Origin: Alphaproteobacteria bacterium
GTDB taxonomy: Bacteria; Pseudomonadota; Alphaproteobacteria; Rs-D84
Reading direction: 5' to 3'
DNA: 64,000 bases
NCBI GenBank assembly: GCA_017630405.1
Contig: JAGBVH010000007.1
Location: 6,506-70,505 of the forward strand
Positions 18,342-27,216 of this stretch are shown here, one piece after another. Within the stretch, counting starts at the first letter, position 1. Each line of letters begins with the position of its first letter. Made by a program: the position numbers and the translations under genes. The notes beneath the pieces were generated by a model. The model ran no database searches, was not told where the DNA came from, and worked only from the letters and a program-made list of their open reading frames with translations.

Positions 18342-19027
18342 TGAGATTTTTATTATTTGCTTTTATCTTGGCCGGTTGCAGTTGTGGCGCGCCACAATAT
18401 GCCGGCCATAATTATTTGGGTGCAAAATATATCAATTCGCCATTGGGCGAAGGTGTATTGCCCGATACAGACCCACTAATTCGTTTTGATGCATTTGACT
18501 GTACCACTTTTGTTGAAACAGTATTGGCGGACGGCGATGTAAAAAAACTTAATCAAATCAGATATAAAAACGGCACGATTGATTTTGTTTCACGCAATCA
18601 CTTCATAGAATCAGACTGGTTGGTCAATAATTCAAATCTGGTAGAAAATATTAGTTCTGAATTTGGCAAAACGGCTGTTCGGTATGTGAAAATAGACAAA
18701 AAGTCTTGGTTCAAAAAAACGCACAATATCGATACAGACTTTGAAACGCAAGATATTGCACTGGAGTATTTGCCCTATAATGCGTTTGATGATATCTCTG
18801 TATCCGAACCTATGATTGTGTTATTTGTTACTGACAACACAAAAATACATGATAAAATAGGCACAGACTTAGCCGTTGTGCATATGGGATTTCTGATGCC
18901 GAATGGTGTTTTGCGACATGCGTCTTCGGCACAAGGACGGGTTGTGGACGTGAACTTTAAGGAATACATAACACAGCGCAAACAAAACAAAAACAACATC
19001 GGTATCGCATTGGTGAAAATAAAATGA
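18341..19027 (+). CDS. Lipoprotein, DUF1460 / amidase-like family
   Basis: Lipobox MRFLLFAFILAGC. PLIRFDAFDCTTFVETVLA matches the DUF1460 core as I recall it. TGATG overlap with the upstream ORF. Confidence 0.55.
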   Translation: MRFLLFAFILAGCSCGAPQYAGHNYLGAKYINSPLGEGVLPDTDPLIRFDAFDCTTFVETVLADGDVKKLNQIRYKNGTIDFVSRNHFIESDWLVNNSNLVENISSEFGKTAVRYVKIDKKSWFKKTHNIDTDFETQDIALEYLPYNAFDDISVSEPMIVLFVTDNTKIHDKIGTDLAVVHMGFLMPNGVLRHASSAQGRVVDVNFKEYITQRKQNKNNIGIALVKIK

Positions 19028-20145
19028 ACGAAGAAAAAATTATTGTAATGGATATGGGTAATTTAAAGGGGGACGAATCTTTGGAACGCCCTACTTTGTG
19101 TCTTGGGATTGAATCTTCGTGCGATGAAACATCCGCAGCAATTGTTGATTCTAATCGCAACATATTGTCACATATCATTTATTCCCAGATTCCAGAACAT
19201 CAGAAATTTGGTGGCGTGGTTCCAGAATTGGCGGCGCGCGCACATATTTTGGCGATTGATGAAGTTATTAAACAAACCCTTGAACGCGCCGGTAAGACTA
19301 TTGTTGATATTGATGTTGTTGCTGCCACTGCTGGGCCTGGGTTAATAGGCGGTGTTTTGGTTGGCTGGATGGCCGCCACAGGTATCGCACACGCAACAGG
19401 CAAACCATTGGTCGCCGTTAATCATCTGGAAGGTCACGCACTTGTGCCGCGTCTTTGCGCGACGGTTGCTGACGGCACCAACGGTTCAACCGCTGTTGAG
19501 TTTCCATATTTATTGATGCTAGCATCGGGCGGACATTGTCAGATTCTGCTGGTGCGCGGAGTTGGTCAATACGAATTGATTGGTCAAACACTTGATGACA
19601 GTGCTGGCGAAGCATTTGATAAAGTTGCAAAAATGCTGGGACTTGGGTATCCTGGTGGCCCTGTTGTGGACAAGCGCGCCCAAGGCGGCAACCCAAAGGC
19701 ATTTAAGTTCCCGCGTCCATTATGCGACAAACCAGGGTGCGATTTTTCATTCAGCGGTATCAAGACCGCGGCCCGTACATTTTTAGATAAAAACCCTGCC
19801 CCACACAGCGAAGAATTTATAAACGACTTTTGCGCTTCGTTCCAATCATCGGTTGTAGACTGTATAATTAATCGCTTGGGCAACGCTATGCAGGACCAGC
19901 GCGTTATCAACGCTGCACCAAAAACATTAGTTGTTGCGGGTGGTGTGGCCAAAAACAGCGCGATACGCAGTGCGATGGAAAAACTGGCCGCTGATAACGG
20001 AATGATTTTTGCAGCACCGCCAATGAATCTGTGTACCGATAATGGTGCGATGATTGCGTGGGCAGGACTGGAAAATTATAAAATCGGCAATATTGTTAAG
20101 GAACCTATTGCACCACGCCCAAGATGGCCACTGACAGAATTATGA
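19024..20145 (+). CDS. tsaD: tRNA N6-adenosine threonylcarbamoyltransferase TsaD
   Basis: LGIESSCDETSAAIV...VNHLEGH...ASGGH...GYPGGP...GGVAKN. The conserved core starts about 25 aa after the ATGA-overlapped ATG, so the true start may be 19048 or 19054. Confidence 0.9.
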   Translation: MNEEKIIVMDMGNLKGDESLERPTLCLGIESSCDETSAAIVDSNRNILSHIIYSQIPEHQKFGGVVPELAARAHILAIDEVIKQTLERAGKTIVDIDVVAATAGPGLIGGVLVGWMAATGIAHATGKPLVAVNHLEGHALVPRLCATVADGTNGSTAVEFPYLLMLASGGHCQILLVRGVGQYELIGQTLDDSAGEAFDKVAKMLGLGYPGGPVVDKRAQGGNPKAFKFPRPLCDKPGCDFSFSGIKTAARTFLDKNPAPHSEEFINDFCASFQSSVVDCIINRLGNAMQDQRVINAAPKTLVVAGGVAKNSAIRSAMEKLAADNGMIFAAPPMNLCTDNGAMIAWAGLENYKIGNIVKEPIAPRPRWPLTEL

Positions 20146-20180
20146 TTGAACTGATTGCCCAGATATGATACTGTTATAGT

Positions 20181-20669
20181 ATGATACAGTCAAAGGATGA
20201 TTTTTATCGCGCTGCGACCAGCAAATTGCTGAAGCAGATTGACAGTATGAATATGACGGATGTCGATCGCCATCAGGCAAAGAAACTGGTTATGCTGTTC
20301 AGGAATCGTTTCAAGGATCCTGAAGTAAAAATGGCCACATTTGGGCCAGATTTGAATAATAATATATCTGCCTTCACTTATGATTCAGATGGTTTTTGTA
20401 AGGCATCTAGTTGTACATTTAGTGATATGTTGGGACCAAAAGATTGGCAACTGATGTACATAAACGATTTGTGGACCTTTGGACCACATCATTATTTGAT
20501 GCATATTCCAAGCAAGCAGGTATTTGATTTAACGGCCGACCAATACACCCATTCTGGCATAGAAATTCCTTATTATATGGGATATCCAGTGCGTCTTGAC
20601 CAAAACGAACGCAAAAGTGCAGAAAGATTTGCCGCAGTATTAAATATTAACAAGAAACAAAACGATTAA
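20181..20669 (+). CDS. Hypothetical protein (162 aa)
   Basis: Long ORF on the operon strand. No recognisable family. Confidence 0.45.
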   Translation: MIQSKDDFYRAATSKLLKQIDSMNMTDVDRHQAKKLVMLFRNRFKDPEVKMATFGPDLNNNISAFTYDSDGFCKASSCTFSDMLGPKDWQLMYINDLWTFGPHHYLMHIPSKQVFDLTADQYTHSGIEIPYYMGYPVRLDQNERKSAERFAAVLNINKKQND

Positions 20670-20673
20670 GATT

Positions 20674-21909
20674 ATGCAAAAACCAGAGCCTGCCGTAAAA
20701 CCAGATACTATTTTTAGTGTGACCGATGCATCTGCATTACTTAAGGGCGTTGTTGAGACCGCTTTCCCACGCATAAAAATTCGTGGTGAATTATCACAAA
20801 TTACACGCGCCACTTCTGGGCATATGTATATGACCATCAAAGATTCTGGGGCCGCTATTTCGGTTATAGTATGGCGTGGTACACCGATAAGTTTTAAACT
20901 TGAAGAAGGTATGGAAGTTGTTGTCACAGGTAAATTTACGACCTATCCAGCACGCAGCAACTATCAAATTATTGTCAGCGAAATTGAAATGGCCGGCGTT
21001 GGCGCAATATTGAAAATGCTGGAGGAACGCAAACAAAAACTGGCTGCCGAAGGATTATTTGACACTTCGCGTAAAAAGCCCCTGCCACGCTTGCCACAAA
21101 CAATCGGTGTGGTGACCAGCCCGACAGGCGCAGCGTTTCAGGATATTCAAAACCGTTTGCGCGAAAGATTTCCAGTGCGTGTGTTGCTTTATCCTGCAAC
21201 TGTTCAAGGTGCGACTGCAGCGACAGAAGTTGCGGCAGGTATCGAATACTTTAACAAAATGCGCAATGTGGATGTAATTATTGTTGCGCGTGGTGGTGGC
21301 TCGCTGGAAGACCTGTTGCCTTTTTCCGAAGAAGTGGTTGTGCGCGCCGCTGCGGCCAGTCAAATACCACTTATATCCGGTGTAGGACATGAACCCGACT
21401 GGATGCTGATTGATTTTGCAGCGGACTATCGTGCGCCAACACCAACCGGTGCCGCCGAAGCCGTTGTGCCAACTAAATTAGCATTGTCACAGGAATTGGA
21501 TAATATGTGGGTGCGAATTTCGGGCAATTTTATGACACGCTTGAACAACGCAAAACAGCGCATAGAATCAATCGATATCAAAAGCCCGAAACAGATGGTC
21601 ATGGAACAGGCGCAAAGACTGGACGATCTGGGCAGAACACTTGGCATAATCATTGGCGCAAAATTGATGAGCGCACATCAGAAAATCGATGCGATTTCTG
21701 GGTTCCCAAATATATTACAAAATCGTATGGGGCAACTTAATCAATCGGTTGCTCATATGGGGCAAATGCTGCAATCGTTAAGTTACAAAAATGTCTTGGC
21801 ACGCGGATACGCAATTGTGCGTGACAAGGATAACAAAATCATAAGTCGTGCCGATGATGGGCGCCCTGCGTCAATCGAATTTGCAGATAGGGTCATTGAT
21901 TTGACTTGA
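20674..21909 (+). CDS. xseA: Exodeoxyribonuclease VII large subunit
   Basis: N-terminal OB fold (SVTDASALLKGVVETAFPRIKIRGELSQ...GHMYMTIKD), then IGVVTSPTGAAFQDI and ARGGGSLEDL. Confidence 0.9.
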   Translation: MQKPEPAVKPDTIFSVTDASALLKGVVETAFPRIKIRGELSQITRATSGHMYMTIKDSGAAISVIVWRGTPISFKLEEGMEVVVTGKFTTYPARSNYQIIVSEIEMAGVGAILKMLEERKQKLAAEGLFDTSRKKPLPRLPQTIGVVTSPTGAAFQDIQNRLRERFPVRVLLYPATVQGATAATEVAAGIEYFNKMRNVDVIIVARGGGSLEDLLPFSEEVVVRAAAASQIPLISGVGHEPDWMLIDFAADYRAPTPTGAAEAVVPTKLALSQELDNMWVRISGNFMTRLNNAKQRIESIDIKSPKQMVMEQAQRLDDLGRTLGIIIGAKLMSAHQKIDAISGFPNILQNRMGQLNQSVAHMGQMLQSLSYKNVLARGYAIVRDKDNKIISRADDGRPASIEFADRVIDLT

Positions 21910-21968
21910 AAAACAGCCCTGTTTGCACTATAATAAAATGTGAAGCAAAAAACAAAAAGGATAAGCAT

Positions 21969-22346
21969 ATGACAATGAATTTGAACCCAATGATTGCGGG
22001 TCAGTTGAAATTGATTCTGAAACGCAATGATATTAGTATCGAAATAAACCGCCAACCAGGCGTGGACACGTACAGTGTTTTGGACCCTAAGGGCGAAGCG
22101 TTGATTGTTTACTCGAATGGTTGGGACTATGGTATGTACTCTATCACGGCGCTGGGCGAAACGGTTGCTGATATTCAGTGGAGTGAAAATGAAAACAAAA
22201 CTACACCGGAACAAAAAGCCGTTTTTGAAATCGGTGACTTAATCGGTGATAAGATGCGCGAATTGAAACAAAAAGCAAAAATGTCTGAAGCCGAAAAAAG
22301 CACATTCGAAAAACTGGCAGAATACACAAAAGAAATCTCTAAATAA
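21969..22346 (+). CDS. Hypothetical protein (125 aa)
   Basis: ATG 21969 has aaggat upstream. The track start at 21906 is a TTG overlapping the xseA stop. Confidence 0.45.
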   Translation: MTMNLNPMIAGQLKLILKRNDISIEINRQPGVDTYSVLDPKGEALIVYSNGWDYGMYSITALGETVADIQWSENENKTTPEQKAVFEIGDLIGDKMRELKQKAKMSEAEKSTFEKLAEYTKEISK

Positions 22347-22357
22347 AACAACTAATC

Positions 22358-22386
22358 AAAAGCCCCATAATTATGGGGCTTTATTT
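22358..22386. terminator. Bidirectional terminator between convergent genes
   Basis: Stem agccccat, loop aatt, stem atggggct, flanked by A-rich sequence on the 5' side and T-rich sequence on the 3' side. Confidence 0.7.
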
Positions 22387-22387
22387 A

Positions 22388-24079
22388 TTAAATATTTTTT
22401 ATCAATGTTTTTGCCATTGTTATTGATTCCTGAGTAATTTCGGCACCGCTTATTATTCGTGCGATTTCGTTTAACCTGTCATCCACGCCTATTTCCGCAA
22501 CAGATGTTATTGTTTTTTCATCCACAACCGATTTGGATATCTTGAAGTGACGGTCCGCATAACCCGCAACCTGCGCCGAATGAGTGATAACAAGTGCCTG
22601 TGATTCATTGGCCAGCTTGTTCAGGCGCAATCCAACCGCAGCAGCGGTCGCACCACTGATACCTGTATCGATTTCATCAAATACAAAGGTTAGCAAATCT
22701 TCGCTGGCAGCCAGAACCACACGCATAGCCAACATAAGGCGTGCCAGTTCACCCCCAGATGCCGCGCGATGTAATGGTGCAAAAGGCGACCCTGGGTTGG
22801 TTTTTATCATAAATGTAATGTCATCCGCCCCCAGACCACATGCCGGACATTCGTCCATTTGCACCATAAAATCAGCCGATCCAAGTTTTAAATCAGGCAA
22901 TTCATGCAACAACTGTGCCCGCAGATTATCGGCCGCCACTTTGCGCGCCGCGCTTAACGCAGATGCGGCCGCATCAAATTCCGATTTATATTGTGATACA
23001 AGAGTTGTTAACTTCTTTAACTCAGCATCCGAATTATCTATGGTCGCCAATTGCCGTGACATTTCGGCCAAGCGCACGGGCAGTTCATCCGCAGAAACAC
23101 GATGCTTGCGCGCGGCTGCACGAATTGCAAACAGACGCTCTTCCAAGGAATCAATATCGACCGCGTCTGTATTTTCAGGGGTCAAGCTTTGCGTTATGTT
23201 CGCAACGGACTCTGCCAAGTCATAAAGTTTATCTATCTGTTCCTGATATGGATTTTCATCACCACGAACGCGTTGCAAAATATGCGCAACCGCAAACAAT
23301 TGAGAATCCAACGAATTGCCACGCGGATTAAGTGCTTCTAGGGCCTCGCCCAGAATTGCGGCGTTCTTTTCTGCGTTCATCATAGTGGCGCGTTGGGTTG
23401 TTAATTCTTGCTCTTCCCCAGGCTGAACATTAAGAGATTTTAATTCCGCAACATTATGTTCAAGGAATTCTCGTTCAGCCTCGGCACGATTAAGCAATTC
23501 GCGCAATTCACCTAATCTGTTTTGCGCATCATGGTATTTAGTGTATGCCACCTTGGTCGCTGCCAAAAGGTTCGAAAAATTATCAATATTATTCTTGGCA
23601 AATAAATCCAAAGTATGACGATGCGTTGACTGATTCAGTAATGTATGATTTGCGAACTGACCATGAATCTCGACCAGGGCATCGCCAACCGCCTTGAGCG
23701 TTTTTACCGATACGGGCGTGTCGTTTATCCATGCGCGGCTTTTCCCATCCACAGATAATGTTCTGCGCAAGATTACACCGTCCGCGCAATCTATATCAAA
23801 ATCCGCCAGTAATTCACGCACGACCAAAGGCGCACTGTCGAATTCTGCGATTACAGATGCCATATCACACCCATGACGAACCAAACCAACATCAGAACGC
23901 GCCCCCAATGCCAACGACAGCGCATCCATCAAGATACTTTTACCTGCGCCCGTTTCACCGGTTAATATGTTTAAACCACGTCCGAATTCCAGATTCAGTT
24001 TTTCAATCAACACAATATTTGATATATTTAATCCAACTAACATGCTGGGATTATAACGAAAAAAGCCCCCAAGGTTCAA
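22388..24079 (-). CDS. recN: DNA repair protein RecN
   Basis: NILTGETGAGKSILMDAL (Walker A), a long coiled coil, then SGGELARLMLA and FVFDEIDTGISG. The conserved N-terminus (MLVGLNISNIVLIEKL) begins at ATG 24043. The track start at 24079 is a TTG. Confidence 0.95.
   Translation of the reverse strand: MNLGGFFRYNPSMLVGLNISNIVLIEKLNLEFGRGLNILTGETGAGKSILMDALSLALGARSDVGLVRHGCDMASVIAEFDSAPLVVRELLADFDIDCADGVILRRTLSVDGKSRAWINDTPVSVKTLKAVGDALVEIHGQFANHTLLNQSTHRHTLDLFAKNNIDNFSNLLAATKVAYTKYHDAQNRLGELRELLNRAEAEREFLEHNVAELKSLNVQPGEEQELTTQRATMMNAEKNAAILGEALEALNPRGNSLDSQLFAVAHILQRVRGDENPYQEQIDKLYDLAESVANITQSLTPENTDAVDIDSLEERLFAIRAAARKHRVSADELPVRLAEMSRQLATIDNSDAELKKLTTLVSQYKSEFDAAASALSAARKVAADNLRAQLLHELPDLKLGSADFMVQMDECPACGLGADDITFMIKTNPGSPFAPLHRAASGGELARLMLAMRVVLAASEDLLTFVFDEIDTGISGATAAAVGLRLNKLANESQALVITHSAQVAGYADRHFKISKSVVDEKTITSVAEIGVDDRLNEIARIISGAEITQESITMAKTLIKNI
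24050..24079 (-). promoter_or_regulatory. Possible sigma70 promoter immediately upstream of the recN ATG (24043)
   Basis: On the minus strand: TTGAAC (24079-24074), an 18 nt spacer, then TATAAT (24055-24050). The ATG lies 7 nt downstream of the -10 box. Confidence 0.35.
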
Positions 24080-24084
24080 GGACT

Positions 24085-24528
24085 TTATGCGACCTGCTCT
24101 AATTCAAAATCATGCGTCCACAGAATATATCCACGCACACGATATTTTGGATATATGCGTTTAAGCAATTCGATATATTCACGTACCTGCGCCATATATT
24201 TATCATAAAAAACTGTTTTATCCGTATCTGTTTTATAATCCAAAATATCAATAGTCTGTGATGCTTCATCTATACGCAAGCGATCAATGCGGCGGCTTAC
24301 AAAACGACCAAACACAGTACCAGCAACAGGAACTTCGGCACGCGACAATGAATCAAACAGACAGCACAACTCTGGTCGCGACATAATTCTAGCCACCAAT
24401 GTTTCATCACCCACCAGAACACCATCCACTGTTGATATATGTTGCAATCTGCGATGAACAGTTTTGCCTACTTCTGTTGCACGCTTGATTTGATCTGCTG
24501 ATTTCAAGATATTATTTAATGTCGTCAT
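24085..24528 (-). CDS. PD-(D/E)XK nuclease domain protein (AddA/RecB C-terminal nuclease module encoded as a separate ORF)
   Basis: GKTVHRRLQHI...AEVPVAG...GFVSRRIDRLRID...IDILDYKTD...YMAQVREYIELL, a RecB-family nuclease motif set. ATG 24528 overlaps the helicase stop (ATGACGACATTAAATAA). Track residues upstream of this ATG look like out-of-frame noise. Confidence 0.75.
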   Translation of the reverse strand: MTTLNNILKSADQIKRATEVGKTVHRRLQHISTVDGVLVGDETLVARIMSRPELCCLFDSLSRAEVPVAGTVFGRFVSRRIDRLRIDEASQTIDILDYKTDTDKTVFYDKYMAQVREYIELLKRIYPKYRVRGYILWTHDFELEQVA

Positions 24529-27127
24529 TTGTAATCCTGATATATTCTTGTTCGCTGTCCGATGCCAATACGCGCCACAATTGATTATGCCACGACAATT
24601 CGCCCGATGTTTTGTTTGGTGTGAATCCATAGATATACAATTCGTCACGCGCACGCGTCATCGCCACATACAACAAACGATAATATTCCGCGATTCTGAT
24701 TTTCATTAAAGCATCGGCCGCATCGGCCCTTGATGCACTACTGTCTTCGCGCGGCGACCATAGCCATACAGGATATTTGCTGTTTTCGATTGGCAAAATC
24801 TTTTCTGGTTTTGGTGTGCGCACTGTGTCGATTAAGAATACGACCGGCGCTTCCAAACCTTTACTGCCATGAACTGTAACAATACGCACCCCACTTGATG
24901 CATCCATATCGCGTTTAATTTCGCTGCCACCTGTGATGAACCATTTCAAAAAGTGACGAAGTGTGCCGGTCTGTGTTCTTTCGTATGCCAAACAAATTGT
25001 CATAAATTCTTCCAGTGGGTCTATAACCTGTTCGCCCAATGCCGAAATCATACTTTTGCGAACCGAATTATTATTTAGCACACTATCAAAAAATGAATAT
25101 GGCGCCATTTGAGCGGACCAAATTAGATACTGACTAAGCTGTTCATAAACATCCATATGATGCTGGGCCAGCACTTCAAAAACCGTCATCTTTGGCGCGT
25201 TTGGATCTTCACAATGGCGTGCATAATTTGTATCATTTTTAATTTTACAAACATTAAAAATATCAAGTTGATTCATACGGAATATAGGACTTCTTAATAC
25301 GCAACATAAACTATAATCATCAGCCGTATCAAGACACCAACGAATAAGATTTAGCAAGTCTGCAACCGCAGGAAATTGTGGCAAAATAATACGGTCGCTG
25401 CCCGCCACTTCTATACCCCGCCGCTTTAATGAAGCGACCAAAGGCACCGCCAATGGATTGCGTTGTTGAACCAAAACCATTATATCGGATGCTTTATGTT
25501 TTCCAGAATCAATCAATGATTTTATTCTATCCGATATTTCAGAAATATAATCTTGAATCGTTTTTTCGGTTTCTTGTTTTGAACACAGTTTATGTAATTC
25601 AACAGCGCCAGAATCATTTTTTCTGAAACACTTATGCGTATTGTTAACAAAGCCAGTTTGCGCAACTATATCAGCATCAGAGAAGAACCTGTCAACGGTA
25701 GCAAGTATTGGCGCAGTTGAGCGAAAACTTTGCGTCAGTGGCACTTCACGCAAGCTGCGCATATTGTGTTCAATTTGGCTAGCAATATCTGCACGACTGG
25801 TCGCAAAAGCCGCAGGATCCGCACCTTGGAATCCATAGATAGACTGTTTTGTGTCGCCTACAACAAACATAGAGTGTGGCATTTGTGTAGTATCGCCATC
25901 CGTAAAGAAATCGCCAGACATCATTCGCAGAATATCCCACTGCAGCGGAGAAGTATCCTGCGCTTCGTCCACCAGGATGTGCGCCAATGACAAATCAAGT
26001 TGATTTAAAACCCAGCCCATTGTGTCTGGAGACGAAAACAACTTACGCGTATATAAAATCAAATCTTCAAAATCAAGAAGGTTTCTGGACTGTTTTATTT
26101 CGCGATAGATTCTTGTAAATGCCGCCGACAAATCGAACAAAGCAACTGTATCATCGAACAGCATTTTGTTCACATAGTATTGGTTAAGTTCATAAACGCG
26201 TTCTTGTTCAGCAACCAAATAATCCTTTTTCGACACTATGGATTTTTTGCCGCCATCCGCCTTTAAATACGCACCTTTGTATTTTTGAAAATCTATAGTC
26301 GTATCAATATACTGTTTCGTTAAGCTAATAATTTGATTTATGTACTGTGCCGGCTTTTTTGCGCCATTTTGCTCAATTTCGGCCAATTCGACTATTTTTT
26401 CCAGTTTTTTGCGATCGAATCCCGTATCAGTGACCGAATCAAGTTTTAAGAATTTCTTAATCGTTTCAATAAAGTATTCGCGATAGCTAATAAAGTCGTC
26501 TATCTGAAAAAACTGTTTATATTGGGAACTTAAAATCCCCATCAGGTCTGTTAAATATGTTTCCGACACCCGCCCCACGATATGTTCAAAAGCAGCATAT
26601 ATGTTTGATGAATTGTCCGGCCTTTTTATCAGTTTATCAAACGCATCTTGTAATAACACACGCTGTGCTGAATCAGACACCAATGTCCACGATGGAGACA
26701 AGCCAGCCTCGAGCGGGAAACGATGTAAAATCTCTTCACAAAAACCATGAATGGTTTTTATTTTCATAATATCTGGATTGTCGATGTACTTAAAAAAGAT
26801 TTCACGCGCATGCGCAATATCTTTATCCGTTGCAGGCTTGTTTATGGCGATACCATCAAGCAAATCACGCAAAGCTTCATCAGATGCCATTGCCCATTTA
26901 CGCAACGCAGCCAATATACGATTACGCATTTCGCCCGCACCGGCATTAGTATAAGTTAAACATAATATCCCAGAACGGCCACAATCATCACTGCGGAACA
27001 ATATTCGCAATAAACGCTGGACCAAAACACTGGTTTTACCAGTTCCTGCGTTCGCCTGAACCCAAACATTTTCAAGCGGATTTGCCGCTATATCTTGCTC
27101 TGGTGAAAGAGTGTGTTTTTTTGCCAT
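24512..27127 (-). CDS. addA: UvrD/AddA-type ATP-dependent helicase (871 aa, no nuclease domain in frame)
   Basis: NVWVQANAGTGKTSVLVQRLLRIL (AddA-type Walker A), ILVDEAQDTSPLQW, FVVGDTKQSIYGFQGA, TVHGSKGLEAPVVFL and LLYVAMTRARDELYI. Confidence 0.85.
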   Translation of the reverse strand: MAKKHTLSPEQDIAANPLENVWVQANAGTGKTSVLVQRLLRILFRSDDCGRSGILCLTYTNAGAGEMRNRILAALRKWAMASDEALRDLLDGIAINKPATDKDIAHAREIFFKYIDNPDIMKIKTIHGFCEEILHRFPLEAGLSPSWTLVSDSAQRVLLQDAFDKLIKRPDNSSNIYAAFEHIVGRVSETYLTDLMGILSSQYKQFFQIDDFISYREYFIETIKKFLKLDSVTDTGFDRKKLEKIVELAEIEQNGAKKPAQYINQIISLTKQYIDTTIDFQKYKGAYLKADGGKKSIVSKKDYLVAEQERVYELNQYYVNKMLFDDTVALFDLSAAFTRIYREIKQSRNLLDFEDLILYTRKLFSSPDTMGWVLNQLDLSLAHILVDEAQDTSPLQWDILRMMSGDFFTDGDTTQMPHSMFVVGDTKQSIYGFQGADPAAFATSRADIASQIEHNMRSLREVPLTQSFRSTAPILATVDRFFSDADIVAQTGFVNNTHKCFRKNDSGAVELHKLCSKQETEKTIQDYISEISDRIKSLIDSGKHKASDIMVLVQQRNPLAVPLVASLKRRGIEVAGSDRIILPQFPAVADLLNLIRWCLDTADDYSLCCVLRSPIFRMNQLDIFNVCKIKNDTNYARHCEDPNAPKMTVFEVLAQHHMDVYEQLSQYLIWSAQMAPYSFFDSVLNNNSVRKSMISALGEQVIDPLEEFMTICLAYERTQTGTLRHFLKWFITGGSEIKRDMDASSGVRIVTVHGSKGLEAPVVFLIDTVRTPKPEKILPIENSKYPVWLWSPREDSSASRADAADALMKIRIAEYYRLLYVAMTRARDELYIYGFTPNKTSGELSWHNQLWRVLASDSEQEYIRITNDDIK

Positions 27128-27216
27128 TTCTGCCCTTGCTTTATCAATAGGATTTTAGTATAAATCCAAAAGAACTGCAAGATATATCAAGCACTGAAAG
27201 GACTAGGGGGAAAATA

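Noticed and set aside
22584-23341. Plus-strand ORFs of 138-213 aa inside recN.
   Set aside because: They are antisense to a full-length, motif-complete recN. Their Ser/Ala/Arg-rich composition is typical of reverse-frame artefacts.
24529-24654. The N-terminal 42 codons of track ORF 24085-24654 (MRVTNCISMDSHQTKHRANCRG...).
   Set aside because: This part overlaps the helicase frame, which still shows sensible sequence there, and reads like out-of-frame noise. The nuclease ORF most likely starts at ATG 24528.
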